DNA of 64,000 bases from the NCBI GenBank assembly GCA_009914755.4, contig CP068257.2:14048001-14112000 (forward strand). Reading direction: 5' to 3'. How positions within the stretch are numbered: the first letter of the stretch is position 1; every line of letters starts with the position of its first letter. Positions 30,227-41,363 of the stretch are shown one piece after another. A model generated the notes under the pieces. The model was not told where the DNA came from. It saw only the letters and a list, made by a program, of their open reading frames with translations, and ran no database searches. The translations under genes were made by a program, and so were the position numbers. The stretch is from the human T2T-CHM13v2.0 reference genome, Homo sapiens.

Positions 30227-33200
30227 GCTCGTTTGCAGTGTAGGGGGTGTAAGTGCAAAAGCTTTGAAGTCACACAAAACTCCTACCTTGGTTCAAACTG
30301 GTTTAACAGGTTTGGGTTGTGTGCCCTTGATCTGTTTACTTCAACTATAAGCCACAGCTTCTGTTTCTGTAAAAAGAGGGTAATTATTCCAACTTTACTG
30401 GATTATTATAAAAATTAAATGATAAGTGTAAAGTGCCTAGCACAGGTACTGGCACATAGCAAGAATATAAAAAATAGTGTCTGTCCCTAAATGTATCATA
30501 TTTTCCCACATCTCCCTCAAAATAGAAGGCCTGGAATAGCCATCTCAGCTCACCTGAGAGTAAGACCAACCTTAGAGAGAAGGTTCTGAAATTAAAACTC
30601 ATGGGATCTAATTTTAAAATATGCTATTCTATTTTTATATATACAGGATTTATTCAGTCATCATTCCCATACATTTAATGGTATTTATAGTATCATAGTC
30701 CAACCTGAAAGCTATGGTAGATTTGAACAGAATTATCCAATGAACCTTCATATTAAAGAAATTTCATGAGTTGTTCTTGATGACAAACAGACCAAACTAA
30801 TAAGCTAAGGCAGTGGTAGATTATTCTATTCATATCTCATTTTATAAACTGATATTAAATATACTAAACATACTGAAAATGTTTTCTTAAAGCCTAGAAA
30901 GTAGTTATTCATTTCAAATTATCTCACATTATAAATTCTTTTCAAATTAGTTCAAATTAAAAGTTCATTTCAAATTGCAAATGAGTTATTCATTTCAAAC
31001 TGAAATTTATTTCAATTATACTTAGTGAGCACCCATGCTGTTAAATGTCATTGTGCAGAATCCAAAAATGATAGCATTTTTGCCTAACATTTAAGTTTTT
31101 TTCTTTTCTTTCTATTTGCTAATAGCATGGTTTGCCTAGAAATAAATTTCTGATTTCCTATATCGCTGATATGTGTTTTTTAAAATTAAAGACATTGACA
31201 CCTGAGCTTTGTGTCTTTTCTACTATTCAAGAGAGAATACAAATAAGTATCAAGAGTCTGAAACTAAAGTAGCTGCCTAGGAATTACTAAACAAATTCTT
31301 TTGCACATGATCTGATATTTTAAATCATACAGAAATATCACTGGAATAGTCCCCTTCTTAGACTGGCAGATTTTTGACCTGACCTCGCTTAACCCTGCTT
31401 CTTGTCTTGTCTTCCTAGACTCAGAACATTCAATCCCAACTACTTTTTCTTGCTGCTCATCTAACAATTTTAATTTCTCAACTTACAGGTCACAAGGAAG
31501 TCTTAATAAAATAGCAAGTATGTGCTAACATTTATTTAGTACCTTGTGCCTTAAAGTATTCCAGGAACTTTATGTGTACTAAATCATTTAGTCATCAAAA
31601 TAACTGTATATTATTCTTTTCATTTTATAGATGATGGAACCAACACAGAGAAAATAGGTCAGAAAGGGTTATGTCAGAAAAACAGAATACTCTCTAGGTG
31701 GTGTTGGGGCCGAGAAACCAATATCCCAAATATGGCACTCTGACATGCTGAACTAAAGAAGAAACCTCAATGTCTCTGTGACCACTCCCTTCCCCCATCT
31801 CTCATTCTCTGTGTCTTCCAAAGCACAGAATGAAGTTGTTCTCTGAAGTTTCCTTCTCTCTCTAAAGTCTGGACCCACATAAGAAGAAAAAAAAACCCTA
31901 TGAACCCTTTTCTGAGTTTTCATGAACTGAATTCATATCACAGAAAGACAGGCTGAAGTTTGTCAACACACTTGAACAGACATATATCCCAAGCCATTGT
32001 CTTCTCTGTGGACCCAACAGGCTTTGTACTGGCCATTGTACATGCTCTAAGTCCACTGACTTCCTCTAAAAATCATTTTCTATCCCCTTAAAAATATCGA
32101 TACTTCCTGGACTCCCTTTTCCCTAAGAGCAAGGGTATATAACTCTCTGGACCTCATATGGTTGGGAAGTAATCGCTGTGATTTTCCTCTGTGTGTAGTG
32201 ATACAAATTCGTATGCCTTTTTAAAATTAATTTGATTTTTGTCAGTTGATTTTCAGCCAACCTTCAAAAGATGAAGGGGAAGGTTTCCCTTTACCCCTAC
32301 AGTGGTTAAAACAAGGAATATCTATCCAAAGAATTTGTTATATAGGCAATGCAGAGCTGAAAAGCCGAACAAGGGGAGTGAGTTAAGCCAGAGTTTAGCA
32401 ACATCAAAAAGGCATTACTACCCTTAATTTGGAGAGAGAAGTGAGGATGCACAGCTTCTAAATCTCAGGGACCTACCTCACCTCACTGGGGAGACCTAGA
32501 ATCAGGCAAGGGCAGTCTGGTGAGATGGGAAACCATCCAAGAGATACATACAGCCCAAAGAGATGCCATCAGAGGAGAGGGAGGAGAAAGAGAAATAGCC
32601 TGGCTATACCCTTTCTCTTGCCCTCCAGTACCTTTCCTTTGCCTGTTAGCCAAATCTGTTTCAAACCCATCTGACTTACGAGCGTGAAACATGCAGGGAT
32701 AGTCCTCTCTGTGATTTACAGCAGAACAACAGACGCTCAAGGAATCAATCTCGTAGCAAATAGGAACTAAGGCTTAAGTAACTTGCCCACGATCACAGAG
32801 CTAGAAGTCCCTGGGTTGTTCTTCAGGGATCATGTGCGCTGAACATGGGAGATAGGTCTTGGAAAGTGACATTAGTCACATTCTGACATGTGGTTTTCTC
32901 TGCCCATATATATCATAGGATAATTTCAGGGAAATGTGTGCCCACCAATATGGTGGGAGAGACTTTGTCTTTTGAGTATAGGTGAATGGACTAAAAAGTG
33001 ATGAGAAAAGGTCTGAGGCCTCCAAGCCATTTTCAGTGTGCAAGTATAACTTCGGGCCTGTTCAAGGTAAGTGAAAGCAAGTGATGCAGGCAAGAAATAA
33101 CACACTTTTGCACTGGCTCTCCGTTGATAAATTCTAGCTGTTTCTCCATAGTCCTTACTTTCTAGGTGGACCTTGCAAAGCACATTAGACTAGATTGCTT

Positions 33201-33398
33201 TTCAATGCACAAAACTTGTTTCCCCCAAAATGATTCTAATTGGAAGTGCCAATACTGGCAGAAAATGTGTGCAGGTACTAGCCTTTAAAGTGCTAATGCA
33301 TCTCTTACCAATCTACGAAGTTACAGGATGGGGCATGAAAAAATATATTTGACGGCACAAAAGTATGAAGCATAGGATTAAGTAAAGCAGATTGAATA

Positions 33399-33796
33399 TG
33401 ACTGTTACGGGCTGAATTTTGTCTCTCTAAAATTCATAACCTCTCTAAAAAGTCCTAACCCCTAGCACTTCAGAATGTAACTGTATTTGAAAACAAAGTC
33501 TTTAAAGGGGTTATTAAGTTAAAATGATGCCATCTGGGTGCGGCTGAAATCAAGTATGATTTATGTCCTCAGCAGAAGATGAAGAGATACTGTGGGCACA
33601 CACGGACCATGGAAAGAGGCAGTGAGAGGGTGGCCATCTGCAAGGCAAACAGAGAGGGTGCAGGAGAAATCAACCCTGCTGGCACCTTAATCTTGAATTC
33701 CCAGTGTCCAGAGCTGTGAAAAAATACATTTCTGTATTTTTAAGACACCCAATCTGTGGCATTTTGTTATGGCAGAACAGACAACTAATACAATAC
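33399..33796 (+). mobile_element. MaLR LTR, MLT1-type
   Basis: atgactgttacgggctgaattttgtctctctaaaattcataacctctctaaaaagtcctaacccctagcacttcagaatgtaactgtatttgaaaacaaagtctttaaagg…ctggcaccttaatcttgaattcccagtgtccagagctgtgaaaaaatacatttctgtatttttaagacacccaatctgtggcattttgttatggcagaacagacaactaatacaa. Confidence 0.7.
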
Positions 33797-34140
33797 CAAA
33801 GAAGCAACATCTAGAATCCCTCAAAATGTGAGGCACTATTGAGGGCTGGAGAAACTAATAATGACACATTTTGTCATATAGAATAATATGGCTGGGCTGC
33901 CAGGACCACAAAGCTATCCACTTGGAATGAGAAGTTAGAGTTAGATGTGCACCACAAAAGCACAAATACATTTGTTTTCTCCCCTTCATGGCTGCCCACT
34001 TAATTCAATAAGCATTTTATTGTGCATGTATTAGGCAGGCAGTACTCTTGCAGGTTGTAATCTATGAACACCTGATTGCTAAATAGTACCATTATGACAT
34101 CATAGAAGACTCCTCTTTAAATGATTGCTTATTGTTTTCT

Positions 34141-34433
34141 TTTTGCTCTTTTACATGGAGTCTTGCTCTGTCACCCTGGCTGGAGTGCAATGGCACATCT
34201 CGGCTCACTGCAACATCCGACTCCTAGGTTCAAGCAATTCTCCCTGCCTCAGGCTCCGAGTAGCTGGGATTACAGGTGCCTGCCACCACATCCGGCTAAT
34301 TTTTGTATTTTTTAGTGGAGACAGTGTTTTGCCATGTTGGCCAGGCTGGGCTTGAACCCCTGACCTGAGGTGATCCGCCCACCTTGGCCTCCCAAAGTGC
34401 TGGGATTACAGAGGGGAGCCACCGTGCCCAGCC
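34141..34433 (-). mobile_element. Alu (minus orientation) with 14-15 bp TSD gcttattgttttct(t)
   Basis: atgattgcttattgttttct|ttttgctcttttacatggagtcttgctctgtcaccctggctggagtgcaatggc…ggggagccaccgtgcccagcc|tgcttattgttttcttatt. Confidence 0.9.
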
Positions 34434-34596
34434 TGCTTATTGTTTTCTTATTGGTGGAAATAAAATTATCCCAGAATGCCAACACTCCTAAAGGAGGAAA
34501 ATAATTCAGATCCTCATTGCAGTAGATTTAAAACCACTCTTTTGTAATGGAAATTGTCTAAATCTGCTCCATGGATTCAACAATTCTTTGCTGACA

Positions 34597-34680
34597 TGCC
34601 TGTAATCCAGGTAGCTACTTCAGAGGCTGAGGCAGGAGGATCCCTTGAGACCAGGAGCTCAACACCAGCTAGGGGGGAAA
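34597..34680 (+). mobile_element. Short Alu-derived fragment (~85 bp)
   Basis: gcctgtaatccaggtagctacttcagaggctgaggcaggaggatcccttgagaccaggagctcaacaccagc. Confidence 0.6.
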
Positions 34681-34871
34681 CAAAGAAAAGTCCTACAAAT
34701 GTGTTTTGGCAATATGGTAAACTTTTGGTATCCGGAAATGGATTTTTAACCCCTTTCTAAAGATACCTAAGGCGGAAGAATACCAATTTTCTTAGTTGAC
34801 ATATAAAATACAATACTGAGTATTGCTAGAAATAACGTTTTGACCCAAAACAGAAAAATAGTCTTGCAGTT

Positions 34872-35262
34872 TGTCTTTGTCTATTTTATGCTGCTACAAC
34901 ATAATACCTATGAATGGGTAATTGATAATGATCAGAAATTTGTTGGCTCACAGTTCTGGAGGCAGGGAAGGTCAAGATGGATGGGCCGTCATTTGGTGAA
35001 GGCCTTCCTCCTGTATCATTGCATGGTGGAAGAGCTAAGAGAAGGGGAGAAAGAGAGAGAGGGAAGGAAAGGAAAAGGGAAAGAGGCAAGAAGGAGCCAA
35101 ACTCGTCCTTTTATAAGGAAACTGTCCTTTTGATAGGGACTGCACATTTGTGATAGCACCATTAATTAATTCATGAGGTCAGAGCTCTCATAACTGAATC
35201 ACCTCTTATTAGGGCCCACCTCCACACTGTTGCATTGGGGATTAAGTTTCCATCACACCGTT
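34872..35262 (-). mobile_element. Diverged MaLR-type LTR (MLT/MST-like), minus orientation
   Basis: …ttggctcacagttctggaggcagggaaggtcaagatgg…ggtcagagctctcataactgaatcacctcttattagggcccacctccacactgttgcattggggattaagtttc reads as the reverse complement of the MST/MLT consensus body and 5' end. Confidence 0.45.
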
Positions 35263-37772
35263 TTTGGGGGGATACATTCAAACCACAGCATTGTTACACA
35301 CAAAATATTTCATATTATATGAAATATGTCACTTAACATTTTTACCTGAATGTCAACAACATAGAGTAATGCAGCAGTTTAGAAGTTATTAAATAATATC
35401 TTGAGGATATATAATTCCGACACACATGCATATTAAAGCTGACTCATACAACACAATTGTCACGGCGCAAATTTAAAAAATGAGTTAGGAAATCCCAGCG
35501 ATGGGTTTTGTGTGCCAATTTATCTCAATTGCTCAAATTTCTCTAATTATTCATCCCAATTGTAAGCCTTCTAAAAAGGAATGCCTATGAGGAAACTTGA
35601 AATTTTCTTCTCAATGTTCTTCAGTACAACAGTTAAAAATATTTAAAGAAATGCTGAGTAAGTAGGAAACCCTCAGAAGTAAGCTGAAAATGAACAGTCT
35701 CAGTGGGCAAATAGGTCTACCATATAAAAGCTCTATTTGATGATTATCTATTGTAAGATCATCTTTTTTTTTCTGTATGGAAGTAACAAATTTAACTCAG
35801 AGAAAAGTTGTATTGCCAAATTCTTGAAATTAAACCTTAGTATCTGGCAACATTTTTCCTCCCATGGTACTAGATTACTAGATTTTTATGTTAAATTTAA
35901 TTTTCTTGAATTCAAATGTATGAGCTTGATTTCTAAAAAACAAACAAACAAACCAAAAAACCAAAACCCTCATATGGAGAAACATGAAGTTAGCATATAA
36001 ACAAGAAAAGAAGAAACTTTGATCTATAAATGAAGAAAAATGGGTTTTGATAAGCTCTCTTTGACAGGTCACCCTCCTTGGGCTTCAGAGTTATAAAAAA
36101 ATCGATACGTGAGATTAGAGATGTGACAGTATTTCTAAATTTCTGTTTCCAACCGTTTCATGACTTTTCATTTCCTCTAGAAAAGACATAGGATATTAAT
36201 ATAATAAGATTTGCAATTTGTTAAATATCAAATGAGTCAACAAATATGAAGCTTCAAGGAAAAGGTGACAACAGGTGGTACAAGACATCTGAGCTGCAGA
36301 ACAAAGATGGTTGTAAAGTGCACAGAACTGTTACAAAGCCTTAAGAGCTACTATAATCCATGATTATTAAATAACACCACATACTATTTCAATTAGCATT
36401 TGCCAAGCTTGCTTTCCTTGTCATTGGATTAAAAATTATACCCGGATTTTCAAGTGTATTCTATTTGTGACAATATGCATTGATAATTTCTCTCCTCACA
36501 CTGCTGCACTCTCACCTCCGTTCCCAGATTAGCTCCTGGAACTCGAGATATTTTTGTGGCTAGAGATTGCTTTCTTAATGTTAGATTTTCCTTACAATTC
36601 CATATATAGTCAAGCATTCCATGCATGGTAGTTAATTGTTTGCTTAATTTGGCAACTGGGATATTAGAATTATGTATCATTAGGCAGTGATATTTTTGTA
36701 AGGTTGTTTGCTAGATAGATCCTATTTCATTTATATTAAGTCTTGGGAAGATAAACTTTATTTTTCCAGAGCCTAGCAGTGACTGACACATATTCGAATG
36801 AATGAAGGTAGATAGAAAATGTCTATATTCATTTACGTAATGATTAGTTAAGGAGAAAAGTACTTCCCAGCATAAAGATTTCTGGCAACCCTTTGCTTAT
36901 TTGACTTTTCCCTTCAGGCAAGTTCAAGGCTTGTGAAATTCCTAGAAAGGCGAGGGGAGAGAACGCGTGACACAGAAAGGGGCCGGAGTTCGGGACCCTA
37001 CGCAGTTTTGGGACGTTATGGGCATGGAGGGAAATGTTTGCTTTGGAGGCTTTGGGTAAGCTAGGGATCCGACAAGCCCTGGGCGCAGGGAGGAACGCTG
37101 CCCTCCGGCCTCCAGTCGCGCTCCCCGAAGCCCAGCGCCAGCGTCGCGCAACCTGCCGCAGGGGCGGCTCCCGGGCCAGGCAGCCAGGCGCGCCCTCGCC
37201 CCACCCGGGAACGCCAGGCCCGCGCAGGGAGGGGCGGGGCTCCATGGCGGCCCCGCCCCGCCGCCCGGAGGGTCACAATGTAGGGTTAGGGCGGCCGGCG
37301 GGCGGGGCTCTGCGGGGGAGGAGCCGCCGGGCGGGGGCGGGGATGGCGCGTGGGGGAGGGGAGGGAGGAGGACTCGCGGAGGGAGGAGGACAACGCCATT
37401 CCGGGCGGCCGCTCCCTCCGTCCCCTCTCTCCCTTCCCCAAAGCAGCCCGCGGACCGGCAGCAAAGGAACGTGCGAACGCGTGACGCCGCCCGACTGGCT
37501 CGCGCTCTCCCGTGCCCCGGCGTCCTCCGCCCGCTCATGGCCCGGGCCGCCGCGGACGAGCGGCGCTGAGGCGGGCCGCGTGGAGACGTGAGGCGGCCGC
37601 CGTGGCCCTCACAGTCGGCGTTTCGCCGCCTGCCCGCGGTGCCCGCGCACGCCGGCCGCCATCGCCTTCGCGCCTGGCTGGCGGGGGCGCTGTCCTCCCA
37701 GGCCGTCCGCGCCGCTCCCTGGAGCTCGGCGGAGCGCGGCAGCCAGGGCCGGCGGAGGCGCGAGGAGCCGGG

Positions 37773-37776
<4 letters not shown>

Positions 37777-37801
<25 letters not shown>
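37777..37801 (+). repeat. (GCC)n / (CCG)8 trinucleotide repeat in the 5' leader, ending 8 nt upstream of the ATG
   Basis: caccgccgccgccgccgccgccgccgcgggggccATG. Confidence 0.95.
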
Positions 37802-37804
<3 letters not shown>

Positions 37805-37809
37805 GGGCC

Positions 37810-37854
37810 ATGACCGTGGAGCAGAACGTGCTGCAGCAGAGCGCGGCGCAGAAG
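37810..37854 (+). CDS. First coding exon (15 codons, MTVEQNVLQQSAAQK) of an unidentified protein-coding gene; phase-0 exon end followed by a GT donor
   Basis: ATG in good Kozak context (G at -3, A at +4: gggggccATGa). The open frame ends in a strong 5' splice site, cag aag|gtgagg. The exon sits at the 3' edge of the CpG island; downstream sequence drops in GC and fills with Alus, consistent with an intron. I cannot assign the gene from memory. Confidence 0.6.
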
Positions 37855-38392
37855 GTGAGGCGAGTCCGCCAGCCGGCGGGCCCCACTTCTCCTTCCGACG
37901 GGCTGTCCTCTCCCGCTGCGGCCGGGCGCCCCGGCCTCGCCGCCGCCGCCTTCCCGGGCTTCCTCCCCGGTCACCCCCGGCCCCTGCCCATCGCCTCGGG
38001 GGCGTCGCGCCCAGAGCCCAGCTGCGTGTGGGAAGCAGAGTGTAGTTTGCGGGCTTCAATCCACTTCCTTCTGCCGATTGTTTTCCCGTAGCAGACGGTG
38101 CCAGGTATTGAGAGCGACCCTCACATTCCTACAGTGCTCTGTGTGGCATCTTAATGAAACTTTATTCTCTCCCCTTAAATGAGAAAGAATAGCTAGTTGT
38201 CATCCTTTCTGAACCGATTTTGTCTTTCAAAGGTAGTAGTGTACCAGGCCTGCTATTTTGCAAAACGGTCTCCACCAAAATCGAATTACCTGCCTCGCGG
38301 GGCAGGCGTGTTGACCAGGTGGACTCTAGAAGTAGGTGGTTTGCTTGGTTTCTTTTCCTTTTAAGGTTTCCCTTTCTTCTTCTTCTTTTCTG

Positions 38393-38416
38393 TTTTTTTT
38401 TTTTTTTTTTTTTTTT
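38393..38416. repeat. Poly-T (T24-25) tract preceded by a (CTT)n-rich polypyrimidine stretch
   Basis: cctttcttcttcttcttttctgttttttttttttttttttttttttttcaatat. Confidence 0.95.
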
Positions 38417-40546
38417 CAATATAGAAACTGTCCCTAAGAGAGGAAACCTTTCTGGCCATGTTATTCCAGGAATCTTTTGTCCCCTAAGTTTGACCTTGTT
38501 CTTTCGTTCACCCTTTACTCTTGCATCAGTCACACATTCAAATGGTCACTCACTAAAGAAAACAATTAAAAAACTGTTTGTGAAACTTTATATCTTTAAA
38601 GTGAATAGAGATCATTCTGCTATTTTAGATTTTGCTTTCAGAATCTTAAGTGCACTATCATGGCTTGCACCATGTTCTGAAGAGTAGTTGGCCATGATTT
38701 AACTTCTTTTTTTAATTTTTAATTTGCGTGAAAAGCATTTTGGGCAAAAGAGTAAACCGTGCCTTAGTTGTGTTGGTATTACGGGGACAGTTAGGGTTTA
38801 CTGTGATCAACCACCAGAGTTATGTTTGGTTTATCTGGGTGAGTAATGAATGCCCCACCCTGTTGTAGATTTGGTGTAGATTGCAATATTCTACCTGTGC
38901 TTGACTTTAGAATAAGACCTGTTCTAAAATGGGCTGTCTACATACAGCCTGCTAAATTTTTGCTTTGAGATTATTTTTAGAATTTTATGATACTGCTTTA
39001 AAGTAATCGAAGATACTCAAGTTTGGAAAGCAAGGATAGTGCATTGTTATTTTAGGCACGTTGGGAAAGTTGTTTTTGAGACTTGTATGTTAGTTGATAT
39101 TATTGGTAAAGTTAGAAGGATATTGCACACTGCACTTTATTTACAGTGAAATAATTCAAGATTTAATAATGAGAATTTAAAAGAGTTTCCTTCCTAATCC
39201 TCCCTATTCTATTTTGAATACCTTCAAGTTCAATTTTTAAAGACTTAAGGCTTAGGAAAGAGCACATGGTCATGTGAACGCTAAGCAATATTTAATATGT
39301 ATGGTACCATTTGTTTATAATTGTCTTCAGTGTTGAATATTAAAGTCTGTTTCAAAGTGAGAAATACCAATTTTTCACTTCCTAAGTTTGAACAATGGGA
39401 AGAACTTTGTAAGTTTAGGATTTTTTTATTTTCATTTGATTTTGACTAAACTGTATTAAATAACTATGCAGGCTCTATTGTATGGTTCAGAGGTTATGCA
39501 TAAAATTGTAGAATCAAGAATCAAGTTAACGAAAGTGATCTTGGCTGTCGAGTCCAATTTCCTACTTTAATGAATCCCCTCCACACACAAAGGGAGTAGT
39601 AGTTAATTCAAAATATTATCATTATGATGCTACTTTTAGTATGGCTGTGTTTTAGATCATTTCATTGTTATTGGGGATTTTTTTTAGAGAAACTTTTATA
39701 CTTCCATAATATTTAGATTGTTTTACAGAAGAAACACTTAAATGTGTTTGCTTTCCGTATTAATACACGATTACTTTGTTACTCATATTAGAACTATTTA
39801 AAAATATTTATATGGATACAAGTAAACCATCTACCTCGATAAGTTGACAGATTTAAATCCGTCAAGCTAGTAACCAGGAAGCGGACTTAAAGCTGGTAAC
39901 TAGGAAGTGAACTTCACACTTAGAAGAAACAAAAGTGAAAGTCTGTTTTTACTCAGACACTTTATGGGTTATCTAAAAGGAGAGGTGTGTAGTGTATATT
40001 GCATAGCCAACATTTTAGCCAGTTTTCTTCTCACCTTAAAAAACTGTGTGTACATATGTGTTTTTAAATTTTAAGTATTTACTATTTAAAATTTAAGTAT
40101 TTACTATTTAGCTATATTATTTTCAAGATTTTTAAAACTTTTATTTTGCAGATGGATGTAAGTTTTTTTGTTGTTTGCAGCACCACACTACACAAAACTT
40201 TCATGATTTTTTGGTTCGCCTATAGAATTCATTAGTCTTTGTCACAATGTAGTATGATGAGGCAAGAGGCTGCCTTTCCCTTTTGATGTGTTCTTTGCTT
40301 GATTGCTGGAGTTTGGCCAACCCAGGGACTTATGAGATGTAGTAAAACTGCAGAAAGCTGCTTTTCTGAGGTTTAGGTATTTCAGGTGAGGTGCAGTTGG
40401 CAGCAGATGAGTTAAATTCTGTGATAATTTTGGTTTTGGACATATATCTTCAGCCTTTGTGCTTCATGTTTACCAAAGTGTAGGAGCCTTAGATCTCAGA
40501 AATTTGATACATAGATTCAAGTTCCAAATGAGGATACTCCACGGCG

Positions 40547-40565
40547 CCCCCCCCCCCCCCCCCCC
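40547..40565. repeat. Perfect C19 homopolymer (G19 on the minus strand)
   Basis: ccacggcgccccccccccccccccccccaatc. Confidence 0.95.
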
Positions 40566-40866
40566 AATCTATCTAACCCGATGAACCAAGCTAGGATTCT
40601 TTAGGGCAGTTATTATTGGGAGGAGTTTTGCTCCCAGGGACCAAATTAATTTACAGAGTGAAATGAACAGGATACTATTTAATTAAATGTATCCTTCTGA
40701 GTTGAATAAAATATATTGTTTCACTCTAGGGCTTAGAACAGTTCTTTACACATAGTAGGACTCAGCAAATATGTGATGAATGAAATAAGTGACTGGTTTC
40801 CAAAAGGAGTGTAGTACTTTGTTTCCTAACTGAATCTTGGAATTTAAAAATTATTGAGAAACAATG

Positions 40867-40970
40867 AGGCTGGGCATGGTGGCTCATGCTTTAATCCCAG
40901 CACTTTGGGAGGCTGAGGTGGGAGGATCACTTGAAGCCAGGAGTTCAAAACCAGCCTGGGCAACAAAATG
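40867..40970 (+). mobile_element. Alu left-monomer fragment directly upstream of a full Alu
   Basis: ggctgggcatggtggctcatgctttaatcccagcactttgggaggctgaggtgggaggatcacttgaagccaggagttcaaaaccagcctgggcaacaaaatgaca. Confidence 0.75.
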
Positions 40971-40976
40971 ACACCT

Positions 40977-41363
<387 letters not shown>

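Larger units (their letters stand above)
36930..38100 (+). promoter_or_regulatory. CpG island / TATA-less GC-rich promoter region of a plus-strand gene
   Basis: Abrupt shift from AT-rich flanks to >70% GC with dense CpG (…ggggcggggctccatggcggccccgccccgccgcccgg…). There is no TATA box. Sp1-type GC boxes lie at ~37231-37239, 37251-37259 and 37333-37342. The island contains the ATG exon below. Confidence 0.8.

Noticed and set aside
36942-37886. 314-codon minus-strand ORF, plus several other 120-185-codon ORFs on both strands across the CpG island (37034-37591, 37512-38045, 37535-38059, 37609-37974)
   Set aside because: They all overlap one another in multiple frames inside >70% GC sequence, where stop codons are rare by composition. 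The proteins are Pro/Ala/Arg/Gly low complexity with no start context or splice signals. I treated them as compositional artefacts, not genes. A divergent (bidirectional) transcript from this island cannot be excluded, but it is not supported by the sequence alone.
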